From assembly GCA_964590645.1 (NCBI GenBank), contig CAZPYJ010000003.1, forward strand, positions 32,349 through 96,348: a DNA stretch of 64,000 nt, in the 5' to 3' direction. Positions within the stretch are counted from its first letter, which is position 1; every line of letters starts with the position of its first letter. Shown here piece after piece: positions 27,968-36,895 of this stretch. The notes beneath the pieces were generated by a model. The model saw only the letters and a program-made list of their open reading frames with translations. It was not told the DNA's origin and did not search any database. A program made the translations under genes and the position numbers. Source of the stretch: an uncultured Lentimicrobiaceae bacterium. Lineage in GTDB: Bacteria; Bacteroidota; Bacteroidia; Bacteroidales; JAGNHN01.

Positions 27968-29506
27968 TCATTGAGCATTGATCAGGTAAACACTGCTCTG
28001 GCGACTTTGGTACGAATCCAGGAGTTGTCCATCATTTTCATAAGGTTTAACTATCGTTTTATCTATCGACTGCCCATCTTTTACAAATGGGTTAGAAAAA
28101 ACAAGCCAAACCTCACCCCTCAAGGCCGTAAGGTCAGAATAGATTTCTTTTTCATTACTCCAGTCTTCCTCCCCTTCAATTATCTTTCCCGGTACTTTTA
28201 TCCCATTTGTTTTATGGTAATACTGATATGTAGGTATAGCCATAAAATGCACGTAAACAAGTTGATCGTCATCAAAATGATCTACCATATACTCCCAGGC
28301 GTTCTTAAACTTAACGATGTGAATCGGGTAATGAAGATATCCGGGCGCAATGAGGATGACACACAAAACAATGGAAACCAAGGCCCCTGATTTGTTTAAT
28401 TGCAATACCAGAAAATGCAGGCTATATGCCACAGGAAAAAGGAAGGAAACAGAGAGATAAAGCAGAAGTCGGGGTGCAAAAGGATACAGGGTCAATGCTG
28501 AAATAATCCATTGAAGAATAATGGGGAAGAAGACAAAATACAGAATCTGATATTTCTTATCTTTTACCATTTGGATTGTGCCCATTAAAAACAGCAAGGC
28601 AAGCAGCGCTAATAATAAGTAGCTCGGCATATTATCATTGAAAGAAAAGACTATCATCTTATTTGCAACTACAGCAGGATACTTGATAATCCAATGATAG
28701 AACTCTAAACGAAATGGGTTGGCAGGAGGAAAGTGTGCTGCCCAGAACCCTTTTAAATAAACCATTCCATCTAATTGGAGGAGGTAGGTTGAAATAAAGA
28801 AACTGAAAACAATAAACCAGAGCGTATATAGAATCAGTTCTTTTTTTATCGACTTATCTCCTGCCGACATCATCACCTTTAATCGATATAAGCCAAGGAC
28901 AAATAACACCAGGGGTGCAGTAAAACTGCTTAAAATGGAAATGATGCCGCTGAATAATAAGATCACATATTTTCGCTTGGATTCAGTTTTCTCGGAATTG
29001 GGAATGAGAAGATTACCTAAGAACAGCGCAAAGAAGAGATCCACAGCGTAGGGTTTCAATTCGCTTGCATACCTTATCTGAAAGAGGGTTATAGCAAAGA
29101 GTGCCAGAAGGAATAATGCTACGCCACGGCTTGCCCTGAGCTTCAAAGAAAAGGAGTAAACCAGAAAGAGGGAGGCTATTGAAGCCAGGAGTGGTATGAT
29201 GCGAAGTGCAAAATCATTGACGCCAAAAAGCACAGTCATACATTTCACACTCAACAGGAAAAGGGGAGCGGAGTACTGCCCCCTTTCAGAAAGGAATAGA
29301 AGTTCCGGGAAAGTATGGTCCAAAATATTCAGGGCCAAACTGGCCTCCTCGAGAATAAAGTCCCTATTGATTAAGAACTGAAGCAGCCGGAGTATGACCC
29401 CGATCAGAATCAACCATCCCCAGAGATTCTTTTCATTAATAAGGGAATTTTGAGTAGAAGGCTTGAATGGAACAAAAGCATTACGATAAAAGACGCCACC
29501 TCTCAT
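27968..29506 (-). CDS. GT-C fold polytopic membrane glycosyltransferase (ArnT/PMT-like), AT-rich gene
   Basis: 512 aa with at least 10 predicted TM segments. First-loop FILEEASLALNILDH resembles the DE/EE acidic motif of GT-C enzymes. Codon usage is visibly AT-rich compared with neighbours. Confidence 0.55.
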   Translation of the reverse strand: MRGGVFYRNAFVPFKPSTQNSLINEKNLWGWLILIGVILRLLQFLINRDFILEEASLALNILDHTFPELLFLSERGQYSAPLFLLSVKCMTVLFGVNDFALRIIPLLASIASLFLVYSFSLKLRASRGVALFLLALFAITLFQIRYASELKPYAVDLFFALFLGNLLIPNSEKTESKRKYVILLFSGIISILSSFTAPLVLFVLGLYRLKVMMSAGDKSIKKELILYTLWFIVFSFFISTYLLQLDGMVYLKGFWAAHFPPANPFRLEFYHWIIKYPAVVANKMIVFSFNDNMPSYLLLALLALLFLMGTIQMVKDKKYQILYFVFFPIILQWIISALTLYPFAPRLLLYLSVSFLFPVAYSLHFLVLQLNKSGALVSIVLCVILIAPGYLHYPIHIVKFKNAWEYMVDHFDDDQLVYVHFMAIPTYQYYHKTNGIKVPGKIIEGEEDWSNEKEIYSDLTALRGEVWLVFSNPFVKDGQSIDKTIVKPYENDGQLLDSYQSRQSSVYLINAQ

Positions 29507-29528
29507 AGTTTACCGCTCTTGGAAATAC

Positions 29529-31958
29529 TCACCACCACTGCCACCACTTCCGGCCGCGCTTGTCCTCATCCTCACTGTAATAACCGTAGCCATAACCATA
29601 TCCGTAGCCGTAGCCGTAGCCGGATCCCCAGGCAGAGTGACGGCTGAGCTTAACATCATTCACCAGTAAGCAAAGATCCCGCAGGCCACGGTCTTCCACA
29701 TCCTTAATGATATTGGCGAAAACCTTCCGGTTTGTGAAATGCTGCCGCACCACAAAAATATTGGCATCCGAATGCTTCATCAGCAGGAAAGGATCTGTGA
29801 CCAGGCCTACCGGAGGGGTGTCAATCAGGATGTAATCATACATTCCGCGCAAAACCCGAAACAGCTCACTTGTTTTCTCCCTGGCAATCAGTTCGGCGGG
29901 ATTGGGGGGCACCGGACCTCCCATTATCACATCCAGATTCTCCAGCGGTGCGGGCTGAATCACTTCCTCCAGGCTGTGTTTGCCCGTCAGGTAGCTGCTC
30001 AGCCCTTTAGCATTGCTTAGGCCAAACTCCTTATATATCTTAGGCTTACGCAAATCAAAGCCCAGCAAAAGGGTTTTCTTTCCGAACAAAGCAAAAATGG
30101 AGGCCAGGTTGATACTCACAAAAGTCTTTCCTTCCCCTACCATCGTTGAGGTGATCAGGATTACCTGCTTTTCTCCCCCTTCACCAAGATAGTTGAGGTT
30201 GGTCCTGACCAGGCGGAAAGACTCCGATACGGCCGATTTCGGATTGTCGCTCACCACAATCTTGGATTCCCTGGGACTGTGAATAATATGCCCGACTATG
30301 GGCAGCTTGCTGGCTTTCTCCACATCCTTCCGTTCCACGATCTTATCATTCATATAATCGCGCAGAAAGATGAAGGCCAAGGGCAGGGCCAATCCCAGAA
30401 TGATCGCGATCAGGTAGTTATTGGATGTCTTGGGATATACTTTCGCCGCATAGCGTGCCGGATCAATGACTTTGCTGTCGGGGGTATTGGAAGCCCTGGC
30501 AATGGCCGCTTCTGCACGGCGCTCAAGCAGGTAGGTATAGATTTGGTCTTTGACATTCAGATTGCGTTGAATATTCTGGAGGCGACGTTCGGTCAGGGGA
30601 AGGGTTTGCAGTTCATTACGCAGCTTGCGTACATTCTGCTGTATGCTCTCTTCCCTGATCCTGGCCAACGCCCTGACATTGTTAATGTTTTCCTGCAACA
30701 CCTGGCGCGCCGACTCCAACTTCACATCCAATTCTTTCAGGTACGGATTTTGCGAGGTGGAAGTGCGCATCAGTAATTTCTTCTCCGAAACCAATTGATT
30801 GAATTCCGCCACCACCTCCCCCAGGCTTCCTTCATCCAAGCCCACTGAAGCCGGTGCAATGAGTTTCTCTTCCCCGTATGTTTTCTGGTTCACGTACTCC
30901 TCCAGATAATCCAGATAACGGCCGCGTAAATCCTCCGAAACAAGCTGGGCATCCAGGATACTTAGGCGGTTCAGATACTGTCCCGGCTCTGTCCCGCTCT
31001 CCATAACAGAGGCAGAAGAACGAAAGTTTTCCAACTCCTCTTCCACCACCCCCATTGAGTCGCTCAGAACTGCCAGCTGCTCATCAATAAAATCAATGGT
31101 GCGCTTGGCATTCAGGTTTTTCTCATCCAACTCGGTATCAATGTATACCTTCGTCAGCTCATTGAGGAAATCGATGGCTTTCTGGGCGTTCGGACTCCGG
31201 ATAGAGAGGCGGAGAATGGAAGCTTCCTCATTCACGGGCTCTATCCTCACATTGCTGAACTGGCTGGTGAGCTGATCCAGCGTATTGAAAAAGAAGTGAA
31301 AATCACGGCCGATCCAGCCATCCTGAAAATCTTCGGTCAGGTAGATCTTGAAAGCGAAATAATGTGTGGATACCGGCTCTCCGAAATGGTATTCTCCCAG
31401 GACATCCGTTGGCGGACTGATTTCTTCCACGATCTCATTGCGGGCGTAATTATACACTACCATCCGCTCCTGTTTGGGCAATTCAATCACATAACGGTCA
31501 CGCGATAATACCCGGAGGTTGAAGGCGGCATTAACCAGTTGATTGTGGCTGGTATCGATGATCACTTCAAAAGGATGTTTGGGATACAACTCCCTTACCC
31601 TGTACTTCCCTTCAATAAAGTAAGTCGTGATCAGGTTGAGCGATCGCACTGCCGTATTTACGGTCTGATACGACTGAAGCGCGATGCGTGTGTTCTGCAT
31701 CGTGGCCTGATTGCTGAACATATCAATATTCCGGATGATCTTCATCGGACGCTCATTCCGGTCTTTGAGCATCAGGGTGGTGCTCACCTCATAAACGGGC
31801 TCAGTATAATGGTTGAAAAAGTAAGCGATTCCCAGGCTCAGAAAGAGGGAAAGAATGATCAGATACCAGTACGACAGTATTTTAAGCGCCAGGGCCTTGA
31901 TATCCGGGCCTTCATCCTGCAAGGGCTCCCCTCCGTAATATGTTTCTTTTCCACTCAC
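29529..31958 (-). CDS. wzc: Polysaccharide co-polymerase / BY-kinase (Wzc/GumC-type tyrosine autokinase)
   Basis: N-terminal Wzz-type TM plus coiled-coil periplasmic domain. Cytoplasmic P-loop domain with ITSTMVGEGKTFVSINLA and ILIDTPP. C-terminal tyrosine cluster GYGYGYGYGYGYGYY. Confidence 0.9.
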   Translation of the reverse strand: MSGKETYYGGEPLQDEGPDIKALALKILSYWYLIILSLFLSLGIAYFFNHYTEPVYEVSTTLMLKDRNERPMKIIRNIDMFSNQATMQNTRIALQSYQTVNTAVRSLNLITTYFIEGKYRVRELYPKHPFEVIIDTSHNQLVNAAFNLRVLSRDRYVIELPKQERMVVYNYARNEIVEEISPPTDVLGEYHFGEPVSTHYFAFKIYLTEDFQDGWIGRDFHFFFNTLDQLTSQFSNVRIEPVNEEASILRLSIRSPNAQKAIDFLNELTKVYIDTELDEKNLNAKRTIDFIDEQLAVLSDSMGVVEEELENFRSSASVMESGTEPGQYLNRLSILDAQLVSEDLRGRYLDYLEEYVNQKTYGEEKLIAPASVGLDEGSLGEVVAEFNQLVSEKKLLMRTSTSQNPYLKELDVKLESARQVLQENINNVRALARIREESIQQNVRKLRNELQTLPLTERRLQNIQRNLNVKDQIYTYLLERRAEAAIARASNTPDSKVIDPARYAAKVYPKTSNNYLIAIILGLALPLAFIFLRDYMNDKIVERKDVEKASKLPIVGHIIHSPRESKIVVSDNPKSAVSESFRLVRTNLNYLGEGGEKQVILITSTMVGEGKTFVSINLASIFALFGKKTLLLGFDLRKPKIYKEFGLSNAKGLSSYLTGKHSLEEVIQPAPLENLDVIMGGPVPPNPAELIAREKTSELFRVLRGMYDYILIDTPPVGLVTDPFLLMKHSDANIFVVRQHFTNRKVFANIIKDVEDRGLRDLCLLVNDVKLSRHSAWGSGYGYGYGYGYGYGYYSEDEDKRGRKWWQWW
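29577..29621 (-). repeat. Imperfect hexanucleotide tandem repeat encoding (Gly-Tyr)7-Tyr in Wzc
   Basis: Minus-strand codons read ggc tac ggc tac ggc tac gga tat ggt tat ggc tac ggt tat tac. Confidence 0.9.
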
Positions 31959-32752
31959 AGGCTCAATACACGAATCAGGGTTATGACAGAGACTATCAGG
32001 CCTACCGTGCCACTTATCTGGGCAAGATTGGAGCCCAGAATACGGGCTTTCATTGGTGCTACATACAGCATATCTCCCGGAAGGACATAAATGTGCTCGT
32101 TCAGGAAAACAGCCGGGTCGGTAAGATCAAGGGTATAGGTATAAACGCTATCATTCACAGTACGGATCAGCTTGACTTCCTGCCGGTTGCCCCAGGCGGT
32201 GATGTCTCCGCTCTGGGCGAGCACCTCGAAAATATTGGTTTTGTCACTCAGGAGGTTCACTGGTCCGGGCGACCCTACTTCTCCCATAACCATAACCCTG
32301 GCATTGGCCAGCCTGAGCGAGACATAACTGTCTTTCAGGAACAGGTTCACTTCTGTTTGCACCCTCTGGCGTGCTTCGGAGATGCTCAGTCCTGCCAAAG
32401 CCAGTTTCCCCAGCACCGGCATCGTGACCTCACCTTTCTCATCCACCTGGTATCCATTGTAATAGAAATACTCCGGGGAATACACAGCCGACTCTTCCAG
32501 AAGATTGAAAAAATCGTAGGTTTTTTCTTCCCATCCTGTCACACGGATATGAAGATAATCTCCGGCTTTGATGGTATGCGACCCTGAAGCCGGCAAAGGA
32601 TAGGATGCGGAGATCCGGTTGGCATCTTCCTGGATGTAGGCTAATTGTTTGTAGGTTACGCAGGAGGAAAGAAGAAGAAGCAGGGGCAACAGCAGCTGCA
32701 GGCCCATCCGGACCCGGGAGGTGCTTCTTTGGTTTGAAAAGTCCTTGAACAC
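31955..32752 (-). CDS. wza: Polysaccharide export outer-membrane lipoprotein (Wza family)
   Basis: Lipobox LLLLLSSC, Poly_export-like IKAGDYLHIRV and an SLBB-like second half. It overlaps the wzc start by 4 nt. Confidence 0.8.
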   Translation of the reverse strand: MFKDFSNQRSTSRVRMGLQLLLPLLLLLSSCVTYKQLAYIQEDANRISASYPLPASGSHTIKAGDYLHIRVTGWEEKTYDFFNLLEESAVYSPEYFYYNGYQVDEKGEVTMPVLGKLALAGLSISEARQRVQTEVNLFLKDSYVSLRLANARVMVMGEVGSPGPVNLLSDKTNIFEVLAQSGDITAWGNRQEVKLIRTVNDSVYTYTLDLTDPAVFLNEHIYVLPGDMLYVAPMKARILGSNLAQISGTVGLIVSVITLIRVLSL

Positions 32753-32871
32753 AATAAAATCCCCAGTCTAAATTATCTCCACGAAATTAAGTAATGTTTA
32801 ACTTATTTGAGGTTGAAAAGGTTACACCCGCGGCTTTTGTGTATTTTTACGCCACCAATATCTGAACCGCT

Positions 32872-33543
32872 ATGGCCAATAAACTGATGGATCCCATCGG
32901 CCGTTTGATGGGACTGCGTTACAAATCTCATCCCTGGCACGGGGTGGATATCGGAAAAGAGGCACCCGAAATCGTCACCTGTTTTGTGGAAATGGTACCC
33001 ACGGATACCGTGAAGTATGAGGTGGACAAAGAAACCGGTTATCTCCGGATCGATCGGCCGCAGAAGTATTCCAATACCGTTCCTGCCCTCTATGGCTTCA
33101 TTCCGCAAACATACAGTGCCAAAAGGGTAGCCGAATACGCCTCGTCTAAGATCGGGAATCAGGAGATCAAGGGCGATGGAGACCCGATCGATATTTGCAT
33201 TCTGACAGAGAAAGTGATCTCACACGGCGATATCCTCGTCCGTGCCCGCCCTATAGGTGGGTTCAGGATGATTGATGGCAATGAGGCTGACGATAAAATT
33301 GTGGCCGTGCTGAATAACGATGCGGTTTACGGGTCATACAAAGACATTTCCGACTGCCCCATCCTGGTAGTGGACCGGCTCAAGCATTACTTCCTCACCT
33401 ACAAAGACCTTCCCGGCCAGAGCAGTGGTGTGGAGATCACCCACACTTATGGTATCAAGGAAGCCCACGAAGTGATTGAGCGCTCAATGGAGGATTATCT
33501 TCACAAATTTGAAAACCTCGACAGCCTGCTTTCCAATGTCTGA
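32872..33543 (+). CDS. ppa: Inorganic diphosphatase (family I)
   Basis: HPWHGV..., EMVPTDTVKYEVDKETG and GDGDPIDICILT motifs. Confidence 0.85.
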   Translation: MANKLMDPIGRLMGLRYKSHPWHGVDIGKEAPEIVTCFVEMVPTDTVKYEVDKETGYLRIDRPQKYSNTVPALYGFIPQTYSAKRVAEYASSKIGNQEIKGDGDPIDICILTEKVISHGDILVRARPIGGFRMIDGNEADDKIVAVLNNDAVYGSYKDISDCPILVVDRLKHYFLTYKDLPGQSSGVEITHTYGIKEAHEVIERSMEDYLHKFENLDSLLSNV

Positions 33544-33564
33544 TGGAAGGCCTGTCTGAATGGA

Positions 33565-34317
33565 ATGGGTATTGAAATCATCGTTCGTCTGCTTGCTCTC
33601 CTGATCGCAGGACTGGCCCTGGCTCTGCTGGCGCGCTACATCTGGTCTGCCTTTTCGGGCAGGGATTATCTCCCCCTTGCCTGGAAGCAGCAATGCAAAG
33701 CCGGCCTTGTTCCTGAAGGTGTGAAGCTGCTGGAAGCGGCTTTCCCCGACAAAGTCCGTTTCTTCAACCTCTGGTTTCAGATCCATCGCCTTGAACAGGA
33801 AAACATTCCCGGCTGTTTCGCCGAATTGGGCGTGTATAAAGGCGAAACGGCGCAGTTGCTGCACCTCGCAGCTCCCCAGAGGCAGCTCTATCTCTTCGAT
33901 ACCTTTGAAGGTTTCCCGGCTGCAGACCTGGAAGGGGAAAGGGGTGAAGCGGCGGAGTACACGACTAAGCACTTTGAGGATACATCCGTGGAGCAGGTAC
34001 TGAAACGAACCGGGAAAAGCCCACACATCCACATCCGAAAGGGATACTTCCCCGATACCACAATTGGGCTGGAAAACCTTCGCTTTGCCCTGGTCAACCT
34101 GGATGCCGACCTGTATAAGCCTACCCTGGCCGGACTGCACTTCTTCTATCCCAGGCTTTCACCAGGGGGGGTCATCCTGGTTCACGACCACGACGAACGC
34201 TGGCCCGGTCTGATGCAGGCCGTCAGGGAGTTTGGACAGCAGGTTCCGGAAGTATTCATCCCCCTGCCGGATATGAGCAGCACGGTAATGCTCGTCCGAA
34301 ACCGTCACATATCATAA
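33565..34317 (+). CDS. TylF/MycF-like class I SAM-dependent O-methyltransferase with N-terminal TM anchor
   Basis: GCFAELGVYKGETAQLL and NLDADLYKPTLAGLHFFYPRLSPGGVILVHDH are macrocin-O-methyltransferase family motifs. Confidence 0.7.
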   Translation: MGIEIIVRLLALLIAGLALALLARYIWSAFSGRDYLPLAWKQQCKAGLVPEGVKLLEAAFPDKVRFFNLWFQIHRLEQENIPGCFAELGVYKGETAQLLHLAAPQRQLYLFDTFEGFPAADLEGERGEAAEYTTKHFEDTSVEQVLKRTGKSPHIHIRKGYFPDTTIGLENLRFALVNLDADLYKPTLAGLHFFYPRLSPGGVILVHDHDERWPGLMQAVREFGQQVPEVFIPLPDMSSTVMLVRNRHIS

Positions 34318-34509
34318 TTCTTTCTGATTTCTTCCGTTTTCCCGCCCTTTTTCGTCTGATTATATGAACAATTCGAATGAATATTTGTATCTCATTGCAC
34401 TATATATGCCTGATCATCAGCATAAAAAGTCAATAGGTGGCATTATTCTTTGATAATGCGTTAATTTGTGCCCGCCAAAACAAGTAGCACTTAAAGGCAA
34501 GGATTTTAA

Positions 34510-36840
34510 ATGATGGGAAAGAATTTGGTCATTGTGGAGTCGCCGGCAAAAGCCAAGACGATAGAAGGGTTTTTAGGGAAGGATTATGTTGTGAAGTCCA
34601 GCTTCGGACACGTGAGGGATCTCTCCAAGAAAGAGATGGGGGTGGATGTTGTGAACGGTTTTGCTCCCCAATACGAAGTGGACCCGGATAAGAAGAAAGT
34701 GATTTCAGACCTGAAGAAGCTGGCCAAAGAGGCAGAGCTGGTCTGGCTGGCTTCTGATGAAGACCGGGAAGGAGAAGCCATATCCTGGCATTTGATGGAG
34801 GTTTTAGGCCTTCCTCCGGAAAAGGTGCGCCGCATCGTTTTCCACGAGATCACCAAAGAAGCCATCAGCCGTGCCGTTGACAATCCCAGGCACATCAATA
34901 TGGATCTGGTGGATGCACAGCAAGCCAGGAGGGTGCTCGACCGGCTCGTCGGGTTTGAGTTGTCTCCCCTACTGTGGAAAAAGGTGAAGCCATCCTTATC
35001 GGCCGGAAGGGTGCAAAGCGTAGCCGTCCGCCTGATCGTGGAAAGGGAACAGGAGATCAATGATTTTCAGGCCGAAGCCGCATTCCGCATCACTGCCCGC
35101 TTTATGGCGCGTCCCGGGGAGGAAGACGAGGCCATTGTGGATGCCGAATTACCCCATCGTTTCAAGGAAAAAGCAGAGGCAGAGGCCTTCCTCTCCAGCT
35201 GCATCGGAGCAGCCTTCCGCATTGGCGATATCGAACAGAAACCGGCTAAACGCAGCCCCGCACCCCCTTTCACTACCTCCACCCTGCAGCAGGAAGCCAG
35301 CCGCAAACTGGGTTTCTCTGTGGCACGGACGATGACCGTGGCACAGCAGCTCTATGAGTCGGGGAAGATCACCTATATGCGTACCGACAGCGTGCATCTT
35401 TCAGATATGGCATTGGGCCTGGCTAAGAAAGTGATCGAAGCACAGTATGGCCAGGAGTATGTCAAGACCCGGCAATACACCACTGCTTCCAAAGGAGCAC
35501 AGGAAGCGCACGAAGCCATCCGTCCTACCTACCTGCAGAATCAGAAGGTTGAAGGCTCAGCGGATCAGCGGCGCTTATACGACCTGATCTGGAAACGCAC
35601 CATCGCCTCTCAGATGAGTGAAGCCCGCATTGAAAGAACCACCGTTAGCATCCTTAATGATAAAAATGAAGCCCAGTTTCAGGCTAAAGGAGAAGTAATC
35701 CTTTTTGAAGGTTTTCTTAAAGTATACTTTGAAGGAAGAGATGAGGAGGAGGATGACAACATCCGTGGGGTTTTACCCCGCCTTGTTGCCGGAGAGATAT
35801 TGAATGTGCTCGAAATACTTGCCACAGAACGATTCTCCAAAGCGCCCCCACGCTATACCGAAGCTGCACTGGTGAAAAAGATGGAAGAACTGGGTATCGG
35901 ACGCCCCTCCACCTATGCCCCCACCATCTCCACCATCCTCAAAAGAGAGTATGTGGTCAAAGAAGACCGCCCGGGAGACAAAAGAAATTTTGCCGTCTTA
36001 ATCCTGAAGAAGGATAAAGTGCAGGAGAAGATGGCAGAAGAAAACGTGGGATTTGAAAAAGCCAAGCTCTTCCCAACCGATGTAGGCATCCTCGTCAATC
36101 AATTCCTGGAAAAGCACTTTGATTATATTATGGATTATCATTTCACTGCAAAAGTGGAGAAGCAGTTCGACGAGATTGCACTGGGACAGCAGCAGTGGAA
36201 TGCGATGATAGCGGAGTTCTACAGCCCTTTTCATCAGCGCATTGAGAAAACCGCCACGGAATCTTCCCGCTTCAGCGGAGAAAAGCTGCTGGGGAAGCAC
36301 CCTGAGACAGGAAAGAATGTTTTTGTTAAGGTAGGCCGCTATGGCCCGATGGTGCAGATAGGGGATAATGATGACGAAGACAAGCCCCGCTTTGCCGCCC
36401 TGCGCAAGGGCCAGAGTATGCAGACCATTTCCCTGGAAGATGCCCTGGAATTATTCCGTTTCCCAAGAAATCTGGGCACTTATGAAGAGAAGGATGTCGT
36501 GGTCGGCATCGGCCGCTTCGGCCCCTTTGTGCGCCACAATAATAAATTCTTTTCCATTCCCAAAGGCACCGACCCGGGCGAGATCAGCATAGAAGAAGCC
36601 CTCGCCCTGATTGAGGAAAAAAGAAAGCAGGAAAGAGAAAAAACCATCAAGACCTTCGCAGAGAAGGAGGATGTCATTATCCTGAATGGGAGATTCGGCC
36701 CTTACATCTCTTTTGAAGGCAAGAATATCCGCATTCCAAAAGGGACCGATCCTGCCTCGCTGTCTTTGGAAGATTGTCATCGAATGGCTGAAGAGGCAGC
36801 CAAAAAGCCAGCCCGTCGTCCGGGACGCAAGAAAAGCTGA
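34510..36840 (+). CDS. topA: DNA topoisomerase I (type IA)
   Basis: MMGKNLVIVESPAKAKTIEGFLG Toprim start, active-site ITYMRTDS, and a C-terminal basic tail. Confidence 0.95.
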   Translation: MMGKNLVIVESPAKAKTIEGFLGKDYVVKSSFGHVRDLSKKEMGVDVVNGFAPQYEVDPDKKKVISDLKKLAKEAELVWLASDEDREGEAISWHLMEVLGLPPEKVRRIVFHEITKEAISRAVDNPRHINMDLVDAQQARRVLDRLVGFELSPLLWKKVKPSLSAGRVQSVAVRLIVEREQEINDFQAEAAFRITARFMARPGEEDEAIVDAELPHRFKEKAEAEAFLSSCIGAAFRIGDIEQKPAKRSPAPPFTTSTLQQEASRKLGFSVARTMTVAQQLYESGKITYMRTDSVHLSDMALGLAKKVIEAQYGQEYVKTRQYTTASKGAQEAHEAIRPTYLQNQKVEGSADQRRLYDLIWKRTIASQMSEARIERTTVSILNDKNEAQFQAKGEVILFEGFLKVYFEGRDEEEDDNIRGVLPRLVAGEILNVLEILATERFSKAPPRYTEAALVKKMEELGIGRPSTYAPTISTILKREYVVKEDRPGDKRNFAVLILKKDKVQEKMAEENVGFEKAKLFPTDVGILVNQFLEKHFDYIMDYHFTAKVEKQFDEIALGQQQWNAMIAEFYSPFHQRIEKTATESSRFSGEKLLGKHPETGKNVFVKVGRYGPMVQIGDNDDEDKPRFAALRKGQSMQTISLEDALELFRFPRNLGTYEEKDVVVGIGRFGPFVRHNNKFFSIPKGTDPGEISIEEALALIEEKRKQEREKTIKTFAEKEDVIILNGRFGPYISFEGKNIRIPKGTDPASLSLEDCHRMAEEAAKKPARRPGRKKS

Positions 36841-36895
36841 GCCCATTTGAAACCTCTTCAGGCCGATCCTCGTATCCGTAGCCTTAAAGAAAAAA

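Noticed and set aside
29577-29625. Short tandem DNA repeat as a possible CRISPR or minisatellite
   Set aside because: It is only about 45 nt of hexamer units, lies inside the wzc reading frame and encodes the (GY)7 tail. It has no spacer-repeat architecture.
33484-34140. 218-aa minus-strand ORF
   Set aside because: It is antisense to the TylF-like methyltransferase gene. The plus frame has clear SAM-MTase motifs.
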